DNA from: Desulfovibrio subterraneus
Lineage (GTDB): Bacteria; Desulfobacterota; Desulfovibrionia; Desulfovibrionales; Desulfovibrionaceae
Direction: 5' to 3'
Assembly: GCF_013340285.1 (NCBI RefSeq)
Contig: NZ_BLVO01000013.1
Span: 13,574 to 45,573 of the forward strand
DNA: 32,000 nt
The translations under genes and the position numbers were made by a program. Numbering within the stretch: position 1 is the first letter of the stretch; each line of letters opens with the position of its first letter. Of the stretch, positions 9,252 through 16,306 are shown one piece after another. The notes under the pieces are model-generated. The model was not told the DNA's origin, ran no database searches, and saw nothing but the letters and a program-made list of their open reading frames with translations.

Positions 9252-10562
9252 TCATTGCGGCGGAAGCGAGCCGACGGTCACCACTGTCACAGCCTTGTTG
9301 CGCTTTGCCTCCCATTGTTTGAGGGCGGCAAGCGTTTCAGGCAGCGGGTGGCCGATGGCAATGGCCTGACCTGTGGTCAGAGCAATGCGTTCCGCCTTTT
9401 CGAGCTGGTGCACGATGCTGGAAACGTCGCGGATGACGTCTATGAAGACGCTGCGCCTGTAGGCTTTCATCCCCGCGTTCTGCGCTTCGGCGTACAGCTT
9501 GGTCCGCGAATGGGTCCAGCTGTCCAGCACGAACAGGTTGTGCTTGCGCAGTTCATCCAGCGCAGCTCTGACGGCTGCGCGGTCCTGCGTGAAGCGTGAC
9601 CCCATGTGGTTGTTGATGCCCACGGCCTCGGGAACCTTTTTCAGGTTATCCGCAATGATCGTGTGTATCTGGTCCGGCGTCATCTGCACGAACACCGTGC
9701 CCGGTCCCGGGCGTACCTCGGGGTAGCCGACGGGTTCCATGGGCTGGTGGATGATGATCTCCTCTCCATGCTTTGCCCCCAGTTCGGCCACCTGTCTCGT
9801 GTGGGTAGCACGGGGCCAGATGGCAAAGGTGACAGGGTAGGAAAGGGCGACCAGCTTTTTTGCCGCGCTGACGCTTTCGCCAAGGTCATCAATGACAATG
9901 GCGAGACGTCCGGACCCCTTGGGGGTCGTGTGTGGGTCTGTGGCAGGTCCGGGTGCCGGAGTGGTGCCGTTTGCAGCGATCGGAGGAACCGCTGATCCGG
10001 GCTCTGTCTGTGGTGTGGTGGTTTCCGGAACCTGCGGCGGCGTTTCCTGCGCGAGGGCTAATTCGTGCGTGGTTACGCCGTGCAACGAGATGGAATAGGT
10101 TGAGTCGGTGGTTTTGGTCAAGGTGGCATTTTGCGCCCATATTGCCAGTGATGCCGCTATGGCGTTGGCAATGTCCTGATTGGGCGCGCCGGAAAGACGT
10201 ATGCGCTGGAAGTGGTATTCCTGCCCGCCGGCTGATCTGAGTTCGATCTCGTTCAGTTCTATGGAATTCTGGTTCAGGGCAAGGGAGCCAAGGGCCTGCA
10301 GAAGGGCGTAATCAACCTTTTTCACCCCTTCTTCAAGGGGGGCATCAAGGGATTCCTCATACGGCAGGTTGCCCGCGTCTGCCTGTTCGCGCATGGTACC
10401 GTTCTGTGCTGTGCGGGTGGCAGGCGGCTTATCGCCGAGCATGCCCGTATCGCGCAGGGTCTTAAGGCCGAGGGCCAGCGCCGCCACAAGGATGAGGCAG
10501 CATATGGCGCCCATGACGGGCAGTACCCAGCGGGGCAGTGAAGGGGGGGTCGGTTCAGTCAT
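9252..10562 (-). CDS. Divergent polysaccharide deacetylase family protein (YibQ-like) with N-terminal membrane anchor
   Basis: 436 aa with one TM helix (WVLPVMGAICCLILVAALALGL). The C-terminal domain has LAIVIDDLG, INNHMGSRFT and AIGHP, as in the YibQ / divergent polysaccharide deacetylase family. Confidence 0.88.
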   Translation of the reverse strand: MTEPTPPSLPRWVLPVMGAICCLILVAALALGLKTLRDTGMLGDKPPATRTAQNGTMREQADAGNLPYEESLDAPLEEGVKKVDYALLQALGSLALNQNSIELNEIELRSAGGQEYHFQRIRLSGAPNQDIANAIAASLAIWAQNATLTKTTDSTYSISLHGVTTHELALAQETPPQVPETTTPQTEPGSAVPPIAANGTTPAPGPATDPHTTPKGSGRLAIVIDDLGESVSAAKKLVALSYPVTFAIWPRATHTRQVAELGAKHGEEIIIHQPMEPVGYPEVRPGPGTVFVQMTPDQIHTIIADNLKKVPEAVGINNHMGSRFTQDRAAVRAALDELRKHNLFVLDSWTHSRTKLYAEAQNAGMKAYRRSVFIDVIRDVSSIVHQLEKAERIALTTGQAIAIGHPLPETLAALKQWEAKRNKAVTVVTVGSLPPQ

Positions 10563-10622
10563 GTATCCTGTCAGTATCAGTTCTGCTGCGTTCCGGCGGT
10601 GCGGAACGGCGCGTCATGCGAA

Positions 10623-10646
10623 CGGGGCGCGGATAACCGCGCCCCG
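10623..10646 (-). other. GC-rich hairpin between ctpA and the yibQ-like gene (possible attenuator or weak terminator)
   Basis: 10-bp perfect stem CGGGGCGCGG / CCGCGCCCCG with loop ATAA. No clear U-tract follows on the minus strand. Confidence 0.35.
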
Positions 10647-10670
10647 GATCAAATCATGCTTCAGCACCCG

Positions 10671-11960
10671 TTAGTGGATGGTCTGAATTCTGGGCAGCGA
10701 GCGTACCAGTTGCAGTGCAAGGCGCAGCTGGTTGTCGCGGGTGAGGGCTTCGGTTGCTTCGGGGCTGCGCTTGAAAGCGGGCTTGCCGGATTCGCCGTTG
10801 CCGTTGGGGTTTTCCAGATGCCCGGTCAGGTCCTTCTCGCGCATGAGGCGGCGGGGATGGGCCTTGTCTTCTTCACGGGGTGCTTCAAAGGGCATGAGGA
10901 TATCGGGCTGAATACCCTCTGCCTGAATGGACGTGCCGTTGGGCGTGTAGTAGCGGGCAATGGTCAGCTTGACCGCACCACCGTCGCTCAGGGGAATGAT
11001 GTTCTGCACGGACCCCTTGCCGAAGCTGCGTTCGCCGATGAGCAGAGCGCGCTTCTGGTCGCGCAGGGCGCCAGCCACGATTTCCGAGGCGGAGGCGGAA
11101 CCGGCGTTGATGAGTACGGTCATGGGTACGACAATGTCGGATTCCTGCGCGTGTGCGTTGAATTCACGGCTGTCCTTGCCGCGGCCGCGGATGGAGACAA
11201 CCACGCCTTCGTTCAAGAATGCATCGGCAACGCTGATGGACTGGTCAAGCAGGCCGCCGGGGTTGTCACGCAGGTCAAGGATGATGCCCTGCAGTTCGTG
11301 ATTCTTGGTATATTCGCCGATCTTCTCATAGAGTTCATCGGTGGTGCGTTCGGAGAAGCGCATGAGGCGCACCCAGAGGTAGCCGTCGTCAAGCACGCGG
11401 GTCTTCACGCTGATAAGCGGAATGACGTCGCGCACGAGCTTTACTTCCTTGGGTTCCTTATCGCTCTTGGAGAGTACGGTCAGCATGACCGCAGAGCCCT
11501 TGGGGCCTTTGATTTTGGAAACGGCTTTGCCCAGCGACATCTCCTGCGTGGACTCGCCGTCCACTTCCAGAATCAGGTCGCCGCTCTTGAGACCGCCCTT
11601 CCATGCAGGGGTGTCTTCGATGGGAGCAACTACCTTGAGGATGCCGTTTTCATCCTGGGTGATTTCAATGCCGATGCCGAAGAATTCGCCGGAGGTGGTT
11701 TCCTGCATCTCCTGCTGTTCCTTGGGGTCCATGTAGGTGGAGTGCGGGTCAAGCGACTGCAGCATGCCGCGCATGGCTCCGTCTATCAGGTCCTTACGGC
11801 TGACATCGTTAACGTAGAAGCGCTCAACCATATCCAGCACCTGACTGAAACGCTTGAGCGAATCGAATTTGCTTTGATCTTCTGTGGCCAGTCCGGGCAC
11901 GCAGGAGAAGGCGAGAATTGCCAGAGAGGCCGCAGAGGCGACCCACATTGTCATGCGCAT
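10671..11960 (-). CDS. ctpA: Carboxy-terminal processing protease (S41 family)
   Basis: Contains a PDZ domain plus S41 motifs (GIGIEI, LDLRDNPGG, LINAGSASASEI, GERSFGKGSVQ). I placed the start at the internal ATG at 11960, which has a GGAGGA Shine-Dalgarno and a signal peptide (MRMTMWVASAASLAILA). The track ORF start at 12011 would overlap the upstream gene. Confidence 0.92.
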   Translation of the reverse strand: MRMTMWVASAASLAILAFSCVPGLATEDQSKFDSLKRFSQVLDMVERFYVNDVSRKDLIDGAMRGMLQSLDPHSTYMDPKEQQEMQETTSGEFFGIGIEITQDENGILKVVAPIEDTPAWKGGLKSGDLILEVDGESTQEMSLGKAVSKIKGPKGSAVMLTVLSKSDKEPKEVKLVRDVIPLISVKTRVLDDGYLWVRLMRFSERTTDELYEKIGEYTKNHELQGIILDLRDNPGGLLDQSISVADAFLNEGVVVSIRGRGKDSREFNAHAQESDIVVPMTVLINAGSASASEIVAGALRDQKRALLIGERSFGKGSVQNIIPLSDGGAVKLTIARYYTPNGTSIQAEGIQPDILMPFEAPREEDKAHPRRLMREKDLTGHLENPNGNGESGKPAFKRSPEATEALTRDNQLRLALQLVRSLPRIQTIH

Positions 11961-11989
11961 TACAGATCCTCCGAGAGACTGTATCGTAT

Positions 11990-13165
11990 CTAATTTGAAG
12001 CTGTTAGCCACGGTTCAGGGTTAATGGCTTTTTGGTGAAAACGCAATTCGAAATACAGCCCGGGGCCTTCCACGCGGGGAAAGTACCCGGCTGTACCGAG
12101 CTTCTGTCCTCTTTTCACATCCTGCCCTACAGTGAGATTGCTGTCAGCAAGATATGCATACAACGAATAGTATTCCTTATCATGCATAACGATCACGACG
12201 CGTCCGAAACCGCGCAATATGTCGTTGTGCACGACCTTGCCCGAGGCCACGGTCTGAACAGGAGCGCCGTTCATCAGGGCAATGCCTATGCCGCGCGTGG
12301 GCGGATCGGCCGCGGGGGCATAACGCAATGTCAGCATACCTCGGGCAGGCCACGGCAGGCGGCCCTTGTTCAGGGCGAACTTGCCTTCCGGCTTGTCGGA
12401 TGTCTCCAGACGATAATTGAGATCCTGAATGAGCGAAAGCACGTTTTTGAGCGAGGCTTCCGCGTCTTCCTTCTGTTTGCGGACGTTATTCAGGCGGCTG
12501 TTGTAGGCCAGCTTGTCGCGCAGAATTCTGTCCTTTGATTTGTTGACCGAGGCAAGGCGTTCGCGGGCCTTGCGCTCAAGCTCCTCCTGCTTTTTCAGAA
12601 CGGATGCAATTTCCTGCTGTTGTTCCGCAAGTTCCCTGTTTTTTTCATTTATGGCCGCATACACGCGGGTGGACCATTCGAAACGCCTGTCGCTCTCATG
12701 CCAGTCGGGCATGTTGGCTCCACGTCCGGCACGGCTTTCAATGTACAGCGGCCACATGGCATTGAGCAGTTCTTCCAGTTCTTTTTCGGTCTTGCGGCGT
12801 TTTTGCAGCAGGCGGCCATGGCTCTTTTCCGATTCAGCCTTGTTCTGCTCTATCTCGGCAAGGGCGGCTTCCTGCGAATTGAGGTCGCGTTCCAGCGATT
12901 TGATGCGGTCTTCGGCCGCGGCCAGTTCCTTGTGCAGATCGCGTTCCTTGGCCGTGAGCTTGTTCAGGGTCTGCTCGGTCTTCTTCGCTTTCTGCTTCTG
13001 GTCTTTCAGGTTGGCCTTGATGTCGGAAGGCCCTGCGGCCCGTATGGCAGGTGCAGTAAACAGCAGCATGCCCAGCGTGAGCATGAAGACAAAAACGGCC
13101 GGAATCTTATGAGGTTGCAAGGGCAGAACGGGATGGCGGCTTTGTGGCGGCTGGCTGTGCATCAT
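11990..13165 (-). CDS. envC: Coiled-coil M23/LytM-domain protein, EnvC-like murein hydrolase activator
   Basis: A long coiled-coil region (KKTEQTLNKLTAKERDLHKELAAAEDRIKSLERDL...) is followed by a C-terminal LytM domain. The usual HxH metal motif reads GLYFELR, which is degenerate as in EnvC. I chose the start at 13165 because it forms an ATGA overlap with the upstream stop. The track's longer N-terminus is unsupported. Confidence 0.85.
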   Translation of the reverse strand: MMHSQPPQSRHPVLPLQPHKIPAVFVFMLTLGMLLFTAPAIRAAGPSDIKANLKDQKQKAKKTEQTLNKLTAKERDLHKELAAAEDRIKSLERDLNSQEAALAEIEQNKAESEKSHGRLLQKRRKTEKELEELLNAMWPLYIESRAGRGANMPDWHESDRRFEWSTRVYAAINEKNRELAEQQQEIASVLKKQEELERKARERLASVNKSKDRILRDKLAYNSRLNNVRKQKEDAEASLKNVLSLIQDLNYRLETSDKPEGKFALNKGRLPWPARGMLTLRYAPAADPPTRGIGIALMNGAPVQTVASGKVVHNDILRGFGRVVIVMHDKEYYSLYAYLADSNLTVGQDVKRGQKLGTAGYFPRVEGPGLYFELRFHQKAINPEPWLTASN

Positions 13166-13848
13166 GCCCGGCCTCCGTTCGGATGGGTGTCGAGAAACTC
13201 GGCCAGCGGGCAGTCTTCGCAGCGCGGAGTGCCTTTTTTGCACCAGTCCTTGGCAACGCGCACGATCAGGGCATGGTATTCATTGAAAAGATGGGGGTCG
13301 TGCGGGAGTACATCCATAAAATAGTCGCGCAGGGTGTGATAGTCGGTATCTTCCGGTATCAGACCGTGGCGTGAGTATATGCGCAGCGTGTATGCATCCA
13401 CCACGAAGGTGGGCAGGCCCGCAGCATACAGGGCTATGGAGTCGGCAGTTTCCGGCCCGACGCCCTTGACCGAGAGCAGGGCCGTGCGCGCGGCATTCAC
13501 TTCCATGCTGCCGAGGTTGGCTATGTCTCCGTCGCAGGTGTCCTGCAGCCAGAGCAGGAGCTGCTTCAGCCGCTTTGCCTTCATATTGTAGTAGCCGGAA
13601 GGACGGATGAGCTCTGCCAGTTCTGCGTCCGGCAGGGCGAGCATGGCATCGGGGGCCAGATTGCCGGTGGCTTTGAGGTTGGCGATGGCGCGCTCCACGT
13701 TGCCCCAGTTGGTGTTCTGGGTAAGAATGGCACCCACGGCCACTTCGAAAGGCGTTTCGCCGGGCCACCAATGGCTCGGGCCCAGCCGGTCGAGCATGGA
13801 CTGGTACATGTTGAGGAGGAGGTCTGCACGGCTCATATGGGGTGGCAT
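13162..13848 (-). CDS. Endonuclease III-related HhH-GPD DNA glycosylase family protein
   Basis: Contains AILTQNTNWGNVERAI, the helix-hairpin-helix VKGVGPETADSIALYA, and a C-terminal Cys cluster CKKGTPRCEDC. I chose the start at the ATG at 13848 (MPPHMSRADLL...). The 110-aa N-terminal extension in the track ORF looks non-coding. Confidence 0.82.
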   Translation of the reverse strand: MPPHMSRADLLLNMYQSMLDRLGPSHWWPGETPFEVAVGAILTQNTNWGNVERAIANLKATGNLAPDAMLALPDAELAELIRPSGYYNMKAKRLKQLLLWLQDTCDGDIANLGSMEVNAARTALLSVKGVGPETADSIALYAAGLPTFVVDAYTLRIYSRHGLIPEDTDYHTLRDYFMDVLPHDPHLFNEYHALIVRVAKDWCKKGTPRCEDCPLAEFLDTHPNGGRA

Positions 13849-13999
13849 GCTATCTCTTCCGGACGCGTGTTGCAACAGGCGGGATATTTCCGCGCCGGGA
13901 AGGGAAGGGTTGCCTCCCGCCGGATACGGTATTACTTTACGGCCCACACAGCCTGTTTGTCCTGTTTCGGAACTTCTTTTCGGTGTTATTCCTGATTTT

Positions 14000-14040
14000 G
14001 GTGGCGGATGACGCCACCGGGTCATGCCACCGGTCCATGC
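14000..14040. promoter_or_regulatory. Inverted repeat plus 13-bp tandem direct repeat in the divergent intergenic region upstream of the hgc locus (candidate operator)
   Basis: GGTGGCG-gatga-CGCCACC is a 7-bp perfect inverted repeat at 14000-14018. It overlaps the tandem repeat CACCGGGTCATGC / CACCGGTCCATGC at 14015-14040. Confidence 0.3.
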
Positions 14041-14198
14041 AGTTCCCAAGCTGCCGGGCCATGCTGTCGGAAAACGCCATTCGGAATAGAGCAGCCGTAA
14101 GGATAGGCCGCGCTCAACGCCTTGTCCTGATGTCCGGATGATCGGGCAAATTACCAACGTAACCGCATGACAGGGCATCCGCCAATTCAGAGGACCAT

Positions 14199-14828
14199 GT
14201 GAAGGAACTAGAAACGTTTGTCTCCGTGACTTCTACCGGAGCTGCTACCGAAGCCTCCCCCGTAACATCCTCAGGCTGCGGCTGTTCGAGCCACGACGGA
14301 GGCAAGGGAGGCTGCGCCTGTGCAGAGGCTGCCGGTACGGAAAGCACCGCCTGCCTGTGTGCGGAGAATCCATCTGCCGCTGTTTCCGGTTGCGGCTGTT
14401 CATCGTCGGATGCTTCCCATGGTGGATCAGCCGGTGTGCAGCTCAAAGCCTATGATCCCTTTGCCGCACAGGGTGTCGCGCCGTTTTCCGGTAAAGAGGC
14501 GTCTGCGCCCAAGCCACTTGGCAGTACGCTGAAAATGGCGCCTGAAAAGTTCGCTCAAGAAAACTCCGCTCCAATAACGTCCGCTCCAATAACGTTCGCT
14601 CCGGAAAAGTCTGCTTCGGCTAAGTCCACTTCTGGCGAATCCGCCTGCTGCTGCACCCCGACGCAGAAGCAGGAACTGCGGCCTCTGGAACTTGCCGTCC
14701 CCGCTGCCTCCAAAGGCGGTTCCTGCTGCAGCGAGCAGCCTGCGGCATCCGCGTGCTGTTCCAGCCCCGATCCGTTCATGGCACAATTTTCGCGCGACAC
14801 CGCGTCTCCCGACGCGGAACCGTGCTGA
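14199..14828 (+). CDS. Cysteine-rich low-complexity protein (metallothionein-like CxC / CC(C) motifs), hypothetical
   Basis: 209 codons with a GTG start 4 nt after AGAGGA. It has 16 Cys: GCGC, GCAC, ACLC, GCGC, ACCC, SCC, ACC and a terminal C. No TM segment. It is on the same strand and in the same frame as hgcA, 63 nt upstream. Third-position GC is only moderate, so coding status is uncertain. Confidence 0.45.
   Translation: MKELETFVSVTSTGAATEASPVTSSGCGCSSHDGGKGGCACAEAAGTESTACLCAENPSAAVSGCGCSSSDASHGGSAGVQLKAYDPFAAQGVAPFSGKEASAPKPLGSTLKMAPEKFAQENSAPITSAPITFAPEKSASAKSTSGESACCCTPTQKQELRPLELAVPAASKGGSCCSEQPAASACCSSPDPFMAQFSRDTASPDAEPC
14565..14609 (+). repeat. 15-bp in-frame tandem repeat inside the Cys-rich ORF
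   Basis: TCCGCTCCAATAACG occurs twice (14565-14579 and 14580-14594), followed by a degenerate third unit TTCGCTCCGGAAAAG. This encodes SAPIT-SAPIT-FAPEK. Confidence 0.85.
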
Positions 14829-14840
14829 GGCCCTCCCCCG

Positions 14841-14858
14841 CGACCTGAGGCCAGGTCG
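14841..14858 (+). other. Hairpin between the Cys-rich ORF and hgcA (SECIS-like geometry, or a simple structural element)
   Basis: CGACCTG-AGGC-CAGGTCG: a 7-bp perfect stem with a 4-nt loop. The loop starts 19 nt after the in-frame TGA at 14826-14828. No U-tract follows. Confidence 0.5.
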
Positions 14859-14891
14859 TATGAGCGCGCGGGCTATGCCGTTTATCCCTGT

Positions 14892-15911
14892 GTGACGCAT
14901 TTTGTGGACACTCCCGCAGGTGACGTGCCGAGTATCACGCATGCGTGGGGGCTGCAGGACTGGCTGGGAACCGCGTTTGCGCGTCTGGGCGTGACCCGCA
15001 ACAACTACGCCGTTTCTCCCGGCCTGTATGCCATGGGTAATCCGGATGCGAACTCTCCGGTCATTGTCACCGCAAACTACAAACTCACCTTCGACGCCGT
15101 GCGTAGCGACCTTGCCGGACAGAATCTCTGGATGGTCGTGCTGGATACGCGTGGCATCAACGTGTGGTGCGCGGCAGGCAAGAATCTTTTTTCCACCGCC
15201 GAGGTCATCAAGCGACTGCAGCGGGTGCGGCTTGACCGCGTGGTGAAGCACCGTCGCATCATTCTGCCGCAGCTGGGCGCACCCGGTGTTTCCGCCAAGG
15301 AAGTGCGCCGCGCCACCGGTTTCAGCGTGGTATATGGCCCCGTGCTTTCAGCGGATCTTCCGGCATTTCTGGAATCCGGCATGCAGGCCACGACAGAAAT
15401 GCGTACTGTCCGTTTTCCGCTCAAGGAACGTGCGGTGCTCATTCCTGTGGAAATCATGCTGCTCTGGAAGACGCTGCTGCTTGCCTTTGCCGTCATGTTT
15501 GTCCTTTCGGGCATAGGGCCGGACATCTTCTCCTTCTCCGCTGCGGTGGGCAGGCTTGCGCCGTTTGCGTGGGCAACGCTCTTCGGTGTGCTGGCAGGGC
15601 AGGTTGCCGTGCCGGTTCTGCTGCCGGTGCTGCCTTTCAGGGCCTTTGCCGCCAACGGTGCCTTGGCCGGCGGGGTGGCGGTGCTGCCCATGCTGGCTTG
15701 CGCATGGCCGCTGGCAACATGGCTTGAGCTTGTGGTGCTCGCCGCATGGACGCCCTGTCTCGGATCGTTTCTGGCAATGAACTTCAGCGGGTCCACCCCC
15801 TATACCTCGCCCACGGGCGTGGAATGGGAGATGCGCCGCGCTGTTCCCCTGCAGATTCTTACCGTTGCCGTGTGCCTGTGCCTTTGGGTTGCGGCTGCCT
15901 TCATCGGATAG
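14892..15911 (+). CDS. hgcA: HgcA, corrinoid-binding mercury methyltransferase component with C-terminal 5-TM domain
   Basis: 339 codons. The N-terminal domain carries the diagnostic cap-helix motif GINVWCAAGK (N-V-W-C-A-A-G-K at 15159-15182; the Cys is residue 93 counted from the GTG at 14892), plus VTANYKLTFD and LPQLGAPGVSA. The C-terminal half has about five hydrophobic helices, for example LIPVEIMLLWKTLLLAFAVMFVL and LQILTVAVCLCLWVAAAFIG. Confidence 0.93.
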   Translation: MTHFVDTPAGDVPSITHAWGLQDWLGTAFARLGVTRNNYAVSPGLYAMGNPDANSPVIVTANYKLTFDAVRSDLAGQNLWMVVLDTRGINVWCAAGKNLFSTAEVIKRLQRVRLDRVVKHRRIILPQLGAPGVSAKEVRRATGFSVVYGPVLSADLPAFLESGMQATTEMRTVRFPLKERAVLIPVEIMLLWKTLLLAFAVMFVLSGIGPDIFSFSAAVGRLAPFAWATLFGVLAGQVAVPVLLPVLPFRAFAANGALAGGVAVLPMLACAWPLATWLELVVLAAWTPCLGSFLAMNFSGSTPYTSPTGVEWEMRRAVPLQILTVAVCLCLWVAAAFIG

Positions 15912-15920
15912 GGGGGGCGT

Positions 15921-16217
15921 ATGAAAGATTTTCGCTATATCGATGGTGTGGCCAGCATTGCACTGGAAGCCAAAACCTGTGTGGGCTGCGGCGTGTGCGT
16001 GCAGGTATGTCCGCATCAGGTGTTTACCGTACAAAAGGGCAAGGCCGTGTTTGCAGACCGCAATGCCTGCATCGAGTGTGGCGCATGCGCCAAAAACTGC
16101 CCGGTGGACGCCATACTCGTTACCCCCGGTGTGGGCTGTGCTTCGCTCATGATCAAGCGCTGGCTGCATGAGAAGGGCATTCCCGTCCGCCTTGGCGGCG
16201 GCACCGGCTGCTGCTAG
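15921..16217 (+). CDS. hgcB: HgcB, 2x[4Fe-4S] ferredoxin partner of HgcA
   Basis: 98 aa, starting 9 nt after the hgcA stop and preceded by a G7 Shine-Dalgarno-like run. Two CX2CX2CX3CP motifs (CVGCGVCVQVCP, CIECGACAKNCP), an extra Cys at residue 73 (GVGCAS), and a C-terminal vicinal pair GTGCC. Confidence 0.93.
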   Translation: MKDFRYIDGVASIALEAKTCVGCGVCVQVCPHQVFTVQKGKAVFADRNACIECGACAKNCPVDAILVTPGVGCASLMIKRWLHEKGIPVRLGGGTGCC

Positions 16218-16306
16218 GGGAGGCTTACCGGTCTCCGGCTTCAGGTCGATATGGCAGGCGAGAATAGTGCGGCAAGAATAACCAACATAATTTTATTGGT
16301 ATGATT

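Noticed and set aside
10599-11993. 464-aa plus-strand ORF
   Set aside because: It is antisense to the well-supported S41 protease gene and has no motifs.
13849-14178. 110-aa N-terminal extension of the endonuclease III-like ORF (track start at 14178)
   Set aside because: The extension is Trp/Arg/Pro-rich with no homology signal. Family members are about 220-230 aa, and the internal ATG at 13848 fits that size. Treating this stretch as intergenic also gives a sensible divergent promoter region.
14427-16169. Minus-strand ORFs of 274, 239 and 273 aa overlapping hgcA and hgcB
   Set aside because: They are Arg/Gly/His-rich shadows. The plus-strand products carry the diagnostic HgcA and HgcB motifs.
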